In this document: positions 7,941 to 17,608 of the stretch, piece after piece
Position numbering within the stretch: position 1 is the first letter of the stretch
Layout: each line of letters opens with the position of its first letter
NCBI GenBank assembly: GCA_041659065.1
Contig: JBAZYY010000002.1
Span: 24,091-88,090, forward strand
Source: Parcubacteria group bacterium
Lineage (GTDB): Bacteria; Patescibacteriota; Minisyncoccia; Moranbacterales; UBA11712
Direction: 5' to 3'
Length of the DNA stretch: 64,000 nt
Notes under the pieces: generated by a model
What the model saw: the letters and a program-made list of their open reading frames with translations, nothing else
Told to the model about the DNA's origin: nothing
Databases searched by the model: none
Made by a program: the position numbers and the translations under genes

Positions 7941-9521
7941 TTAGTGGGATTTTATAGGTAAACTTACGAAAAAAGTTGAGCCTTTGTTTTCAATGGAATC
8001 AAACCAAATCTTGCCCCCGGATTGTTTTATTATGGCCCGAGCGATATAGAGACCCAGCCCCGTTCCGTCAGTATCCTTATTCCTAACATTATCAGCTCTG
8101 AATAGTTTTGTAAATATCTTGGCTTGCTGATGTTTCGGAATGCCATAGCCAGTGTCGGAGATTCCAATGACAATTTCCAGCCCTTTTTTTTGACTCTCAA
8201 CTGTCACGCTGCCTTTTTCCGGGGTATACTTTATGGCATTTGAAAGCAGATTTTGAAAAACAATCCGAATGTGCTCCACATCGGCAAAAATTGGAGGAAT
8301 ATCCGCGTCGTATTTTTTTACGATTTCGATCTGCTTGCTGCTGATGAGAGGGGCGAATTCATTTATCAAACTATCCAAAAGACCGCGCAAATCCAGCCTC
8401 GCCGGCTCGGCGACTAGTGTCCCCATGTCGATTCTCGAAGCATTCAGGAGATCGTCCACCAAATCTATCATTCTCCTGTTGCCGATATAAATTTCATCCA
8501 AATATTGTTTCTGTTTTGGATTTAGAAACCCCGCGTCGCCGCTGATAAGCATTTCAGCGTACCAGGAAACCGAGGTTAACGGAGTTCTTAGCTGATGAGA
8601 AGCTAGTGAAACAAATTCCGTTTTTGCCTTATCGATTTCTTTTATCCGAATAATGTCCCTTTCGGCTCTGGCTAAAATATCCAGCGAACTGAAGGTGGCA
8701 TAAATCAAATAGAGAAAAACGCCAGCAACGATAAAAAGGTGGACAATTGATTCGTAAATATAATCATACAGGCCACTTTTCCCGCCGAGCATGACCAGAA
8801 CTTCGATTACGATTAGCACCAGGAGCGCAAAGATCAAGCGCCTAGCCACCAAGGAACTTATCCCGTGGCTTACAAAAATCCTCATGTAGCCATAATCCGG
8901 CCGCAAAGACAATGTACTCATAAATATCAGCACAAAAGCTACTGCCGTATGAGCAGCCATTCCTTTATAGTGGGAAATGGTGTAAAGATTAGGAAGATTA
9001 TAGATGAATCCAAACAGAGACAACAGCGCCAGAAAGCCCGCTACCATTATAACTGCCTGCCCAAGCATCATGCTGCGCCTTGTGCGAAGATTGCATAAAA
9101 ATAATGAGATTCCAACCGCCAGAAAATTTATTGCGCTTTGAGGTGACATTCTGACAACCGCAGTTCCCATTTTTTGCGAGAAAAGGATACTGTCGATTCC
9201 GAAGTTGATTCCAGCTATATATTCTATTATTGTAGAAAAACTTACCGCGATCAAAAACAAAGAAAAAAACCAGACAACGTAATTCAACCTTGAGCCAACA
9301 TTTTTTTTGGAGAGAATAAAGATGGAAAAACCGGCGGCAACAAAAGAAACCGCTGAATTTGGCGCAATTACAGGAAGACTCGGAAAAACCCGCTTGAAAA
9401 TTTCGATATCCGTCCACCAACCGATTATCGCGAGTAAGCCAATGCAGAATATCAACAGGCTCAAATAAGCTGCTGACTGTCGAAGAACCCGTACGAGGCG
9501 TAAATTGATTTGACTCTTCAT
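7941..9521 (-). CDS. Membrane sensor histidine kinase
   Basis: About 7 TM segments; H-box SHQLRTPL, N-box NLLSNAIKYT, DTGYGI, GTGLGL. Confidence 0.95.
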   Translation of the reverse strand: MKSQINLRLVRVLRQSAAYLSLLIFCIGLLAIIGWWTDIEIFKRVFPSLPVIAPNSAVSFVAAGFSIFILSKKNVGSRLNYVVWFFSLFLIAVSFSTIIEYIAGINFGIDSILFSQKMGTAVVRMSPQSAINFLAVGISLFLCNLRTRRSMMLGQAVIMVAGFLALLSLFGFIYNLPNLYTISHYKGMAAHTAVAFVLIFMSTLSLRPDYGYMRIFVSHGISSLVARRLIFALLVLIVIEVLVMLGGKSGLYDYIYESIVHLFIVAGVFLYLIYATFSSLDILARAERDIIRIKEIDKAKTEFVSLASHQLRTPLTSVSWYAEMLISGDAGFLNPKQKQYLDEIYIGNRRMIDLVDDLLNASRIDMGTLVAEPARLDLRGLLDSLINEFAPLISSKQIEIVKKYDADIPPIFADVEHIRIVFQNLLSNAIKYTPEKGSVTVESQKKGLEIVIGISDTGYGIPKHQQAKIFTKLFRADNVRNKDTDGTGLGLYIARAIIKQSGGKIWFDSIENKGSTFFVSLPIKSH

Positions 9522-9526
9522 TTTTT

Positions 9527-10387
9527 CTATTTGTTTTGCAGATTCCTAAATAGCTCTATCTTCTTTTCGACTACTTTTTGGACCGAATCACGAGCTTGAG
9601 CCAAAACTTTTCTAGGATCTATCACATCACATCTGTCTTTCGTAAACTGGCAAAGTACGGTATTAAAGGCAATTCTCAGATCGGTGTCAATATTGAAGCA
9701 AGCTATACCACGTTTGACTGCCTCCTCGACTTTGTGATTCACCCAATCACTGGCGCCATGGAGAACCAAGGGTGTTTCCGGGATTATTTTTCGAATAGTT
9801 TCGAGCCGTTTCCAGTCTGGCTCTGATCTCTCCCGAAAAAATCCGTGCGCATTCCCAATTGCGATTGCCAGGGTATCAACCCCCGTTTCCTCGACCAGCC
9901 ATTTGGCCTCCAGCGGATCCGTCATGAGCTTGTCCCAATCCGGATTTTGATCATATTCCCCCATGGATGGCACAACTCCAATTTCCGCCTGCACTGACAC
10001 TCCCTTCGGGTGTGCGTATTCAACCACGCGTTTGGTTGTTGCGATATTATCTTGAAGTGATTCCCTTGCCGCATCAATCATAACCGATTTTATGCCCAGC
10101 TCAATGGCTCTCACTATAGTATCAAGACTCCGACCATGATCTAAGTGTAACCCAATTGGGAGGGATCCTGATTCTTTATCGATAACCGCTTTTATAACTT
10201 CCACAATAACGGAATCGCCGGCGTAATCCAAAGTTTTTTCGGTGAATTGGACAACTACCGGCGTCTTGAGTTTTACCGCGGCCCGCACAATAGCTTGGGT
10301 CACTTCCATATCCGGCGTGTTAAAAGCACCCACGGCATATCCGTTTTCTTGGGCCTCAACTAAAATATCTTTGGTACTGGCAAGCAT
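9527..10387 (-). CDS. fba: Class II fructose-bisphosphate aldolase
   Basis: YAVGAFN, LHLDHG, AIAIGNAHG, LVLHGAS, NIDTD. Confidence 0.92.
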   Translation of the reverse strand: MLASTKDILVEAQENGYAVGAFNTPDMEVTQAIVRAAVKLKTPVVVQFTEKTLDYAGDSVIVEVIKAVIDKESGSLPIGLHLDHGRSLDTIVRAIELGIKSVMIDAARESLQDNIATTKRVVEYAHPKGVSVQAEIGVVPSMGEYDQNPDWDKLMTDPLEAKWLVEETGVDTLAIAIGNAHGFFRERSEPDWKRLETIRKIIPETPLVLHGASDWVNHKVEEAVKRGIACFNIDTDLRIAFNTVLCQFTKDRCDVIDPRKVLAQARDSVQKVVEKKIELFRNLQNK

Positions 10388-10393
10388 AGACTA

Positions 10394-10520
10394 CTAGAAT
10401 TTTGAATTTAGAATTGTGAATTAAGAATAGGGATATTACCTGCTAACCGAAAGAAATACAGGATGTAGATCATTTTGTGATTAATATTCTATATTCCATA
10501 TTCCCATTCTCAATTCTTTA
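10394..10520. repeat. Inverted heptamer array (GAATT / ATTC type)
   Basis: tagaatt ttgaatt tagaatt gtgaatt aagaata ... attctat attccat attccc attctca attc; fills the tpiA-fba spacer. Confidence 0.85.
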
Positions 10521-10524
10521 TTTA

Positions 10525-11307
10525 TTAGCTTTTTTCAATTATCTCCACTATTTTCACGAGCTCATGCGGCACCAGACTTTCTCGACCGACTAAACCCCCG
10601 TCCATTGCAGGATCAATGCAAACCTGATCCACAGACCGCATACTGATGCTTCCGCCGTATAAAATCCTCGCCTTCTCGGCAATTTTCATTGAATAGAGCT
10701 CAGCCAGAGTTTTTTTAATAATCAACTTGGCTTCCAATATCTCATCCGAAGACGGCACGCTATCCGAACCCACTGCCCAGATAGGCTCATAAACAATATC
10801 TACATATTCGATTTTCCCGGGACCTACCCCCGCCAATGACTCTTTTAATTGTTTTTTCACAACAACAGCGGTCTGATTTTTTTTCCTGTCTTCCAAGCTC
10901 TCTCCGATACAGAGAACGGCTCGCAGGCCGCATTTCAGAATCGCCTTCAGCTTGAGATTTATAATTTCCTCTGTTTCGCCGAAATATCTTCTGCGTTCGC
11001 TATGCCCGACCATTGAATATTTAGCTCCCATATTTTTCACCATACTGGCTGAAATTTCCCCCGTATACGCGCCTTGATATTCCCAAAATATATTCTGGGC
11101 ACCAAGTTCGATATTCTTTATTTTAAGGGCTAGAATTTTTTCAAAATAAATAACCGGAGGACAAATAACCAACTCTGTTTTCTCAAATTCCTTGCCCTTT
11201 AGCTCCTTTTTGAGTGTTTCTAAGTATCGGTCCATTTCAGCGGAACTGACCGGGTTCATTTTCATATTTCCAATCACGATTCTTTTATTCATACTTTTAT
11301 AATCCAA
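10525..11307 (-). CDS. tpiA: Triosephosphate isomerase
   Basis: GNMKMN, GAYTGEIS, GHSERR, YEPIWAVG, LYGGS. Confidence 0.93.
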   Translation of the reverse strand: MDYKSMNKRIVIGNMKMNPVSSAEMDRYLETLKKELKGKEFEKTELVICPPVIYFEKILALKIKNIELGAQNIFWEYQGAYTGEISASMVKNMGAKYSMVGHSERRRYFGETEEIINLKLKAILKCGLRAVLCIGESLEDRKKNQTAVVVKKQLKESLAGVGPGKIEYVDIVYEPIWAVGSDSVPSSDEILEAKLIIKKTLAELYSMKIAEKARILYGGSISMRSVDQVCIDPAMDGGLVGRESLVPHELVKIVEIIEKS

Positions 11308-11779
11308 CAGTTAAAACGGTTACAATTAGTCCTGCGATCACGCACCCTAGAATAATCAACGGAATTGATTTCTTAAGTTTTACATTGAACACAAACGCGG
11401 CAAGGGGCCCTGTCCACCCGCCCAGGAGCGGAATAGGAGTCGCCGTCAGGATAAAAACCGCGAAGGCGCCCCATTTTTCAAATTTTTTTTGCCCTCGTTT
11501 TCGAGTGTGCTCAAACAGCCAGTCGAAAAATTTTTTAAATGCACTGACGTTATCAGAGAGAAATTTTGCAATCGGATTAAGAATTAGAACTATCAAGATC
11601 ATCGGGACCAAATTTCCCAAAACCGACCAGAGATAAGCTGACCAAATCGGCAGATGATAGATTTTAATGGCTATCGGAATTGAAGCCCTCAATTCCGAAA
11701 TCGGGACCATGGCGATCAGAAATGTCGCAAGCTCGGGAGGGAAATTCTGAAACCAGGTGGAATAGTCAAAGTGAAACAT
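11297..11779 (-). CDS. Small multidrug-export-like membrane protein (COG2426-like)
   Basis: MVPISELRASIP and PIPLLGGWTG motifs; 4 TM segments. Confidence 0.8.
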   Translation of the reverse strand: MFHFDYSTWFQNFPPELATFLIAMVPISELRASIPIAIKIYHLPIWSAYLWSVLGNLVPMILIVLILNPIAKFLSDNVSAFKKFFDWLFEHTRKRGQKKFEKWGAFAVFILTATPIPLLGGWTGPLAAFVFNVKLKKSIPLIILGCVIAGLIVTVLTVGL

Positions 11780-11784
11780 CCTTA

Positions 11785-11913
11785 ATAGAATCGGGAATTG
11801 TGAATTTGGAATTTGGAATGGGGATTAAGGACAAAGAATAAAGGTTTTTAGCATTCCCAGATTCTATATTCCATATTCCCATTCTCAATTCACAATTCTA
11901 AATTCAAAATTCT
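11785..11913. repeat. Inverted heptamer array (GAATT / AATTC type)
   Basis: gggaatt gtgaatt tggaatt tggaatg ... attctat attccat attccc attctca attcaca attctaa attcaaa; shares attctatattccatattcccattctcaattc with the 10.4-kb copy. Confidence 0.88.
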
Positions 11914-11914
11914 T

Positions 11915-12970
11915 CTAAATATTTAATCTCAATGCTTCCGCGGCTCTTTCCGGCTCGATAGTCGATATTTCAATGCCAGTCGATAGCTCGAATCCGGCCC
12001 AAGTCGCGGTATGGGGCAAAATTTCAATATGCCAATGATAATGGGGGTAATCTTTCCCGTCACAGGGAGAAGTATGAATGTAAAAGTTATAAGGCGGATC
12101 AGTGAGTTCCTGAAAGATAGCCCTGATTGATTTTTGGAGCGCTTCCGCCAGATCTATTTTTTCTTCATTATTGATCCGTTCAAAATAGGGTTTGTGTTTT
12201 TTGGGCATTACCCAAACCTCGAAAGCAACCCGGGAAGAAAACGGGCAGAAGGCCAAAAAATTATCATTTTCAAAAATCAACCTTTTTTTATGCTGGAGTT
12301 CCCACTCCACCATTGTACAAAAAACACATTTGCGGTTCGCCTGCCAGTATTCCTCAGCGCCATCGAGTTCCACCTTGATGCCCGGGGAAACAACCGGAAT
12401 CGCCATAAGTTGGGAATGGGGATGCTCAATCGATGCCCCTGCTTCCCGGCCATGATTGTGAAATATCTCAACATAGTTAACGTTTCTTTTGTTCATAAGG
12501 CTGATGAATCGGTCCTGATACGCGTCAATCACTTCCGCCACTTCGAGCGGATCAAGCTGGGCAATCTGCCTCATGTGGTCCCGTGTGACGATAACCTCGT
12601 GATGGCCTACGCCATCCATCATGAAATACGGGCCTTCTTCGACATGCTTCGGCAACCGATGCCTTGAGAAAGCCGGAAATTTATTCGGAAATACGCGCAA
12701 ACTCCAATCCCCGTCTTTTTGGCGGTAGATCAAAACGTCGTCTTCCTGACCGGTTTCTTCCGGAAAACAGAAAGGACACTTATCAGAAAGTGCGGGATAG
12801 GGCTGGCGTTTAACCGCGAATTCCCCCGGCCTTTTCCCCCGACCCAGGGCAATGACGACCCAATCTCCCGTCACCAGGTCCTGGCGCAATTCCGATGTTT
12901 GGGTTTTATTTTTTCCGCCTGCATTGCCATGCAAAGCATTGCGGGCGGGTTCTTTCTTTTTTTCCACCAT
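11915..12970 (-). CDS. galT: Galactose-1-phosphate uridylyltransferase (HIT-type)
   Basis: SELRQD...WV, RGKRP, CPFC, NKFPA, GASIEHPHSQ, HWHIEI. Confidence 0.92.
   Translation of the reverse strand: MVEKKKEPARNALHGNAGGKNKTQTSELRQDLVTGDWVVIALGRGKRPGEFAVKRQPYPALSDKCPFCFPEETGQEDDVLIYRQKDGDWSLRVFPNKFPAFSRHRLPKHVEEGPYFMMDGVGHHEVIVTRDHMRQIAQLDPLEVAEVIDAYQDRFISLMNKRNVNYVEIFHNHGREAGASIEHPHSQLMAIPVVSPGIKVELDGAEEYWQANRKCVFCTMVEWELQHKKRLIFENDNFLAFCPFSSRVAFEVWVMPKKHKPYFERINNEEKIDLAEALQKSIRAIFQELTDPPYNFYIHTSPCDGKDYPHYHWHIEILPHTATWAGFELSTGIEISTIEPERAAEALRLNI
12915..12950. repeat. 36-nt imperfect palindrome inserted in frame in the galT N-terminus (PARNALHGNAGG)
   Basis: 27/36 nt identical to the element in rplV at 25858-25893. 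Confidence 0.75.
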
Positions 12971-13396
12971 TTCGTATGTCGTATAAAGTACCTCGTATTT
13001 AGGGCATATTTTTGATTCTCTTTAGTCCGCTGATAATTTTTGCAGTCGTTACTGTTTGACTCGCAATTTTACCAAATTCATTTTTACTAATATAACCGAC
13101 ATCTTTAGAAATCAATAATTGATTTTGCAATTCAATAAGCGAGCTACTTGCTATGTAATAAAATTGACATTTTTCTTTGTTCCCATTGCGACCGAAGCCC
13201 TCGGCTATGTTTGAAGATACCGAAACAGATGCTCTCCTCATCTGATTCATTAATCCAAACATTTCTGTTTTCGGAAATTTATCCGTTACTTTATAAACCA
13301 TCAAAACCAACTTATGCGCTTCGCGCCATGCCCGCAGATCGGTAAATGACTTTATTTTATCGCCCTCCATACGAAATACGATATACAAAATACTTA
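12968..13396 (-). repeat. Inverted heptamer arrays flanking the four-helix-bundle gene
   Basis: Coding strand 5' arm: TAAGTAT TTTGTAT ATCGTAT TTCGTAT(G). 3' arm: ATACGAG GTACTTT ATACGAC ATACGAA (ATG of galT). Confidence 0.8.
12999..13370 (-). CDS. Four helix bundle protein (23S rRNA intervening-sequence protein / Avd-like family)
   Basis: SFTDLRAW..AH, FPKTEMFGL..QMRRASVSVSSNIAEG, ASSSLIELQNQLLISKDVGYI; ATG at 13370 preferred over TTG at 13388. Confidence 0.92.
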   Translation of the reverse strand: MEGDKIKSFTDLRAWREAHKLVLMVYKVTDKFPKTEMFGLMNQMRRASVSVSSNIAEGFGRNGNKEKCQFYYIASSSLIELQNQLLISKDVGYISKNEFGKIASQTVTTAKIISGLKRIKNMP

Positions 13397-14143
13397 GTAC
13401 TTATACTGCCTTGTTATCATTCGCCACTTCACCTGAAACAGTTCCATTAGAGTTTTGATATATCCTTTGACGCCCACCAGGCTTTGCCCGGCATCAATCC
13501 AGATTACCGGCACTTGATCGATTTCGTAGCCCTTTTTCCTCGCCAGCATAAGCATCTCAAAATCCCCTCCCCAGCGGTCAACTTTCATTTGAGGCACGAT
13601 GTCCTTCACCGCCTTTTCCGAAACAACCTTAAATCCGCATTGGGTATCCTCAATTCCTCGAAGTCCCATCAGGCACTGGATCAGAATATTTCCCAGATCC
13701 CCGAGCATCTCTTTCCATTTCGGCTGATGTTTTTTTATTTGCGCTTCTTTAAGATCGCGAGATCCGATGATGATGTCCCGGCCTTTCTCCATGAACGGCC
13801 AAAAGCCTTCCATGTTTGTGATGGAGGTCGCGCCATCCGCGTCAGTAAGCAACCTGTACTCGCCGTGCGCCTTCATGAATCCCTCACGTACGGAATACCA
13901 TTTTCCACGATTTTTTTTGCGATCAATAACAATGCACTTTTTGACCAGATGCCCGAGCTCGCGTCCGACATCCGCCGTGTTATCTTTCGATCCATCGCTA
14001 ACGATAATAACCTCGTAGGATATATTTTTCTTCCCGAGATATCGGCCAATTTCTGACATATTATGCCGCATCTCTTTTCCTTTTCGCCCGCCTTCATTAT
14101 AGGCCGGGATAATGATTGACAGATAGGGTTTTGTATTTTGCAT
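13394..14143 (-). CDS. GT2 glycosyltransferase (polyprenyl-phosphate glucosyltransferase-like)
   Basis: LSIIIPAYNE, SDGSKDNT, NRGK, DADG, DTQCGFK; upstream ORF extension to 14242 is repeat-derived. Confidence 0.9.
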   Translation of the reverse strand: MQNTKPYLSIIIPAYNEGGRKGKEMRHNMSEIGRYLGKKNISYEVIIVSDGSKDNTADVGRELGHLVKKCIVIDRKKNRGKWYSVREGFMKAHGEYRLLTDADGATSITNMEGFWPFMEKGRDIIIGSRDLKEAQIKKHQPKWKEMLGDLGNILIQCLMGLRGIEDTQCGFKVVSEKAVKDIVPQMKVDRWGGDFEMLMLARKKGYEIDQVPVIWIDAGQSLVGVKGYIKTLMELFQVKWRMITRQYKY

Positions 14144-14268
14144 AGGATTCTGAATTGTGGATTTTGAATTGTAAATGGGAATGAGAAATAATGAATCTTG
14201 AATAAATTTTCTATATTCTTGATTCCAAGTTCCTATTCTCAATTCTGAATTCTAAATTCACAATTCTT
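14144..14268. repeat. Inverted heptamer array (GAATT / AATTC type)
   Basis: aggattc tgaattg tggattt tgaattg ... aattctg aattcta aattcac aattc. Confidence 0.85.
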
Positions 14269-14382
14269 TTAACATTTCTGTATTTAACTGCTTGTATTTT
14301 ACCATATATTAAAAAAATGCACCAAATCTTATGAGGGCATCAAACGCATGCTGCTTCGCCATATATTGTTCCATGTTTTATG

Positions 14383-14811
14383 TTATATGTTGCGTGATTT
14401 TCTATCCAACCAGCTCTGCAGTATTATCCTGGCCGCTTCCTGATCGTCATATCTCTTGATTCCTTTCATTCCTTTCTCGATGAGATTCTGATAAGCCTGC
14501 TTGGTGGTGAACATTTCATCCTCATAATCGACATTGATTTTCAATTTATCCGCCAGAAGATTCCCTAGTTTTTCGCCGGGGTAGATAACTTGTTTTTTAT
14601 TGATATGCGAAGCTACCCCGATTATCACTTTTGAAATATTTTCTCGCTCGATAATTTCAGTGATATTTTGAAGCATATTTTTATCATTAGCGAGGGTTTT
14701 TAACGCAAAAGCCATTCGGGTCTCAGAATCAGCTATAGCCAGGCCAACCTTAGACTCGCCATAATCTATCCCCAGAAATTTGCTTATTTTAGCCTCATTT
14801 AGTTCTGCCAT
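14383..14811 (-). CDS. ruvX: YqgF/RuvX RNase H-fold nuclease (pre-16S processing)
   Basis: LGIDYG..KVGLAIAD, DEMFTT..A, DQEAARIILQSWLD. Confidence 0.9.
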   Translation of the reverse strand: MAELNEAKISKFLGIDYGESKVGLAIADSETRMAFALKTLANDKNMLQNITEIIERENISKVIIGVASHINKKQVIYPGEKLGNLLADKLKINVDYEDEMFTTKQAYQNLIEKGMKGIKRYDDQEAARIILQSWLDRKSRNI

Positions 14812-14839
14812 TGACTTTATGTTTTATTTATGCTATTAT
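14811..14839 (+). promoter_or_regulatory. Putative sigma70 promoter for the 14967 gene cluster
   Basis: TTGACT-17 nt-TATTAT with extended TG; AAGGAG SD at about 14951. Confidence 0.6.
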
Positions 14840-14966
14840 TCACAATCAGTACCTTAAAAAGGTATTCGTAGCGCATTTGTCGCTCCACGTAAGTATAACA
14901 TTTTACTTTTAGAGTGGTAAATTTAATTGGAGTGACAAAAAAACCATAGCAAGGAGACCAATAGTT

Positions 14967-15515
14967 ATGTTAAAGAATATCTTAAAAAGGGCAGGGCAGA
15001 ATATCCAACTGTTTACTTATCAGCTCTTCACCGAGCATGCGTTTAAGTGGGGATTTGGATTCATCCTCTATTCAGCTATTCTGGCCTTCACGGAAGTCTC
15101 AAGCTCAAGCTCAACCGCAAACCCCGAAATTACCATCGTCCTCATAGTTTTTTTCCTGTTCATCTTCGGCATCTTTTCTATGGTTATAGGTGCCGTGAGA
15201 GATGTCTCCGGGATGACCTACTGGTCATTTCTGAAAGAAATACGCCCAGAGATTGAATTGAAGGTAGAGCCACCGACGATTACGCCGGCAGATAGGGAAG
15301 CCGCTTTTTTAACTCTATCTCCTTTTCTTTTCCTATGGATTCTATGTGGGATGTTTGTTGGAGTCATACTGCATTTCATCTTCATCCCGACTCAGGCGTC
15401 TTGGACTCGAGCCTTGATAATCTATGTCGCCCTGGTTGATTTGTCCATACTAGCCATTTGGGCTGGTACGCAGCAACTTATGCGGTGGGTCAAAAACCTG
15501 CCGGAGGATGGCTGA
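14967..15515 (+). CDS. Hypothetical 4-TM membrane protein
   Basis: SD present; four hydrophobic helices. Confidence 0.7.
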   Translation: MLKNILKRAGQNIQLFTYQLFTEHAFKWGFGFILYSAILAFTEVSSSSSTANPEITIVLIVFFLFIFGIFSMVIGAVRDVSGMTYWSFLKEIRPEIELKVEPPTITPADREAAFLTLSPFLFLWILCGMFVGVILHFIFIPTQASWTRALIIYVALVDLSILAIWAGTQQLMRWVKNLPEDG

Positions 15516-15765
15516 TATGAAATCTTTCTTTTTGCCGGCTTTCTTGGTCGGCACAACTCTGGCGCTGCTGAAATTAGCAGTTTATCGGGGAGACAGTCGA
15601 TTCCTCGACTGGGGACCGCGGATTCCTGAGATGTCTCCCATGTGGCCGCTTCTGGCGGCCGCAACTCTGGCCATCATCAGCTTCCTCGCCGTGTGGAAAT
15701 TCTCCCGACGGGAAGCCAAACTAAAAAACGCTGCAGCTGAACCCACAGCGGCAACATTGAGATAA
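15508..15765 (+). CDS. Small 2-TM membrane protein
   Basis: Overlaps the upstream stop; GGAGG before the start. Confidence 0.6.
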   Translation: MADMKSFFLPAFLVGTTLALLKLAVYRGDSRFLDWGPRIPEMSPMWPLLAAATLAIISFLAVWKFSRREAKLKNAAAEPTAATLR

Positions 15766-15840
15766 TACGCTGCCAAGCTGCAGACATTGGATAACTATGA
15801 TAAAACCGCCACCAAAGGGTGGTGAGGGGAGAAAATAATT

Positions 15841-16107
15841 ATGTTCTCGTGGATAATCGCTTTGTGGAATTGGAGCCCAATTGCGACAATAGCAATATAT
15901 TTTGTTGGCGGGTTGATCTTCGCAGCGATCTCTGCTCGGGATCAAAATAAAACTGCGCAGAATGACCCGTCTATTAAAGAATGCGACTTAGGGGAATTTG
16001 CCTTCAACATGGGGCTTTGGCTCCCCATAGTCTTTCTCCTAATTGGAATTCCATTGATGGAGAAAGCTAAAAAGATCGCAAGGCGCATTTTCCGTTGCAC
16101 CTCATAA
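15841..16107 (+). CDS. Small 2-TM membrane protein
   Basis: Purine-rich leader; two hydrophobic helices. Confidence 0.6.
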   Translation: MFSWIIALWNWSPIATIAIYFVGGLIFAAISARDQNKTAQNDPSIKECDLGEFAFNMGLWLPIVFLLIGIPLMEKAKKIARRIFRCTS

Positions 16108-16186
16108 TCCCTGACAAGAGCCCGGCTCTCGTCAACGCACCCTCGGCCCTCGCCATTAACTTTGGTGGGGGCTGCTTTTTTATTAA

Positions 16187-16296
16187 AGCCCAAATTTCAA
16201 AGCTCAAATATCAAATAAAATCCAAAATCCCAATGTCAAATTTGGATTTTGATCTTTGGGCTTGGTTTGTCATTTGGATTTTGAAATTTGAATTTA
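16187..16296. repeat. Inverted heptamer array (CAAAT / ATTTG type)
   Basis: Reverse-complement homologue of 18327-18437 (shared core caaatgacaaaccaagc). Confidence 0.85.
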
Positions 16297-17064
16297 TAAT
16301 TTCGTGAGTATTTCGCATCCATCGCTCGTCACCACGACCGTATGTTCCCAGTGTCCGTTCAGTTTCCCATCGGCGGTTTTGTAAGTCCATCCATCGTCAG
16401 CAAGAACAATATCATATCCCCCTTCATTCACCATCGGCTCAAGCGCGAGCGTCATTCCCTCTTCAAGAATGATCTTCTTCATCCGCTTGTCGGCATAGTT
16501 AAAAACTTGCGGATCCTCATGAATGGAATGTCCGACTCCGTGCCCGACGAGATCTCTCACTACCGAAAAACCATTTTTCTCGGCGTGTTTTTGGACTGCT
16601 TTTCCATATTTAAAGAGCGTTTTTCCCGGCTTTATTTCAGCTATTCCGGCTCCAAGGCTCTCTTTCGTCACTCGCATCAATTTCTCGGCTGCTGGCGAAA
16701 TTTTTCCGACTCCCGCCATTACTGTCGCGTCGGTATGCATTTTTTTGTATTCAACCCCCAAGTCCAATTTCACGATATCCCCTTCGAAAAAAACTTTGTT
16801 TTCGACAGGCAGCCCATGCACAACTTCATTATTAATAGAAACGCAAACCGCCGCCGGATAGCCCTCGCCGTATCCACCCGGCTGATAATTCAGAAACGAA
16901 GGCTTGGAATCCATAGAAAAAACAAGCTCTCTTGCAAGCTTGTCAATCTCAATTGCTCTAACTCCGGGCAAAACACGCTCGGACAGTTTTTGAAGCACTT
17001 CAGCTAAAATCCGCCCGCTCCGGCGCATTATTTCAATTTCATCTTTTGACTTTATGGTAATCAT
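16294..17064 (-). CDS. map: Methionine aminopeptidase type I
   Basis: CVSINNEVVHGLP, GDIVKLD, GHGVG..IHEDP, LEPM, HWEHT. Confidence 0.96.
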   Translation of the reverse strand: MITIKSKDEIEIMRRSGRILAEVLQKLSERVLPGVRAIEIDKLARELVFSMDSKPSFLNYQPGGYGEGYPAAVCVSINNEVVHGLPVENKVFFEGDIVKLDLGVEYKKMHTDATVMAGVGKISPAAEKLMRVTKESLGAGIAEIKPGKTLFKYGKAVQKHAEKNGFSVVRDLVGHGVGHSIHEDPQVFNYADKRMKKIILEEGMTLALEPMVNEGGYDIVLADDGWTYKTADGKLNGHWEHTVVVTSDGCEILTKL

Positions 17065-17109
17065 ATTCTAGGATCTCTAAGGAGTGTTTATCTAGGTTAT
17101 AAGGAGGAA

Positions 17110-17565
17110 ATGCTGATGTCTCTCACATTGTTCATTTTTTGCACCTTTCTAGCGCTTACAGCTGATGGCATAGCCTCCTTTTTCAAAAAATGGGAGACAG
17201 GTACCACCGCTTTGCGCATCAAGGATCTGAACCGGGAAGCTAAATTTACTCTCTGGACCGTCACATTAACCTGCGATCCAATTCTGTCATTCTGTTTTAC
17301 AAACTTTCTGGGAAAATTCATGACCAGACAAGGGGCGATTGCATGGTTAGGCCTGGTGCTACCGACTTACATTCTCTATAGGCTGATCATGCTTTTGTCT
17401 GACAAATGCTGGCGCCAGCGCATCCCCCGAAGTGAGAAGAAAATACGAGATGCGAGAATGATTAGAAGGCACTACTCTATTGCGATCTTCTTCCTTTCGG
17501 CCGCAACGGCATGGCATTTGCAACCACTGGTATGTTTCTATCTTCCAGCTATCTTTAGCTACTAG
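17110..17565 (+). CDS. Hypothetical membrane protein inserted antisense between adk and map
   Basis: AAGGAGG SD before ATG 17110; hydrophobic segments; downstream hairpin and T-run at about 17567-17605. Confidence 0.6.
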   Translation: MLMSLTLFIFCTFLALTADGIASFFKKWETGTTALRIKDLNREAKFTLWTVTLTCDPILSFCFTNFLGKFMTRQGAIAWLGLVLPTYILYRLIMLLSDKCWRQRIPRSEKKIRDARMIRRHYSIAIFFLSAATAWHLQPLVCFYLPAIFSY

Positions 17566-17608
17566 TAGGGCTCTGGCGAACGACTTCGCTTGGGCCCTGC
17601 TTTTTAAT

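Noticed and set aside
12999-13370. Diversity-generating retroelement suggested by the Avd-like gene
   Set aside because: No reverse transcriptase and no TR/VR pair differing at adenines was seen in the window.
14144-14242. ORF-track N-terminal extensions of the GT2 gene, and likewise rplX, rpmB, capA and the four-helix gene
   Set aside because: They are translations of the heptamer repeats; family homology begins at the downstream start.
16095-16307. Short ORFs over repeat spacers (16095-16307, 19745-19939, 35882-36064, 35032-35295)
   Set aside because: Repeat-derived or antisense low-complexity frames.
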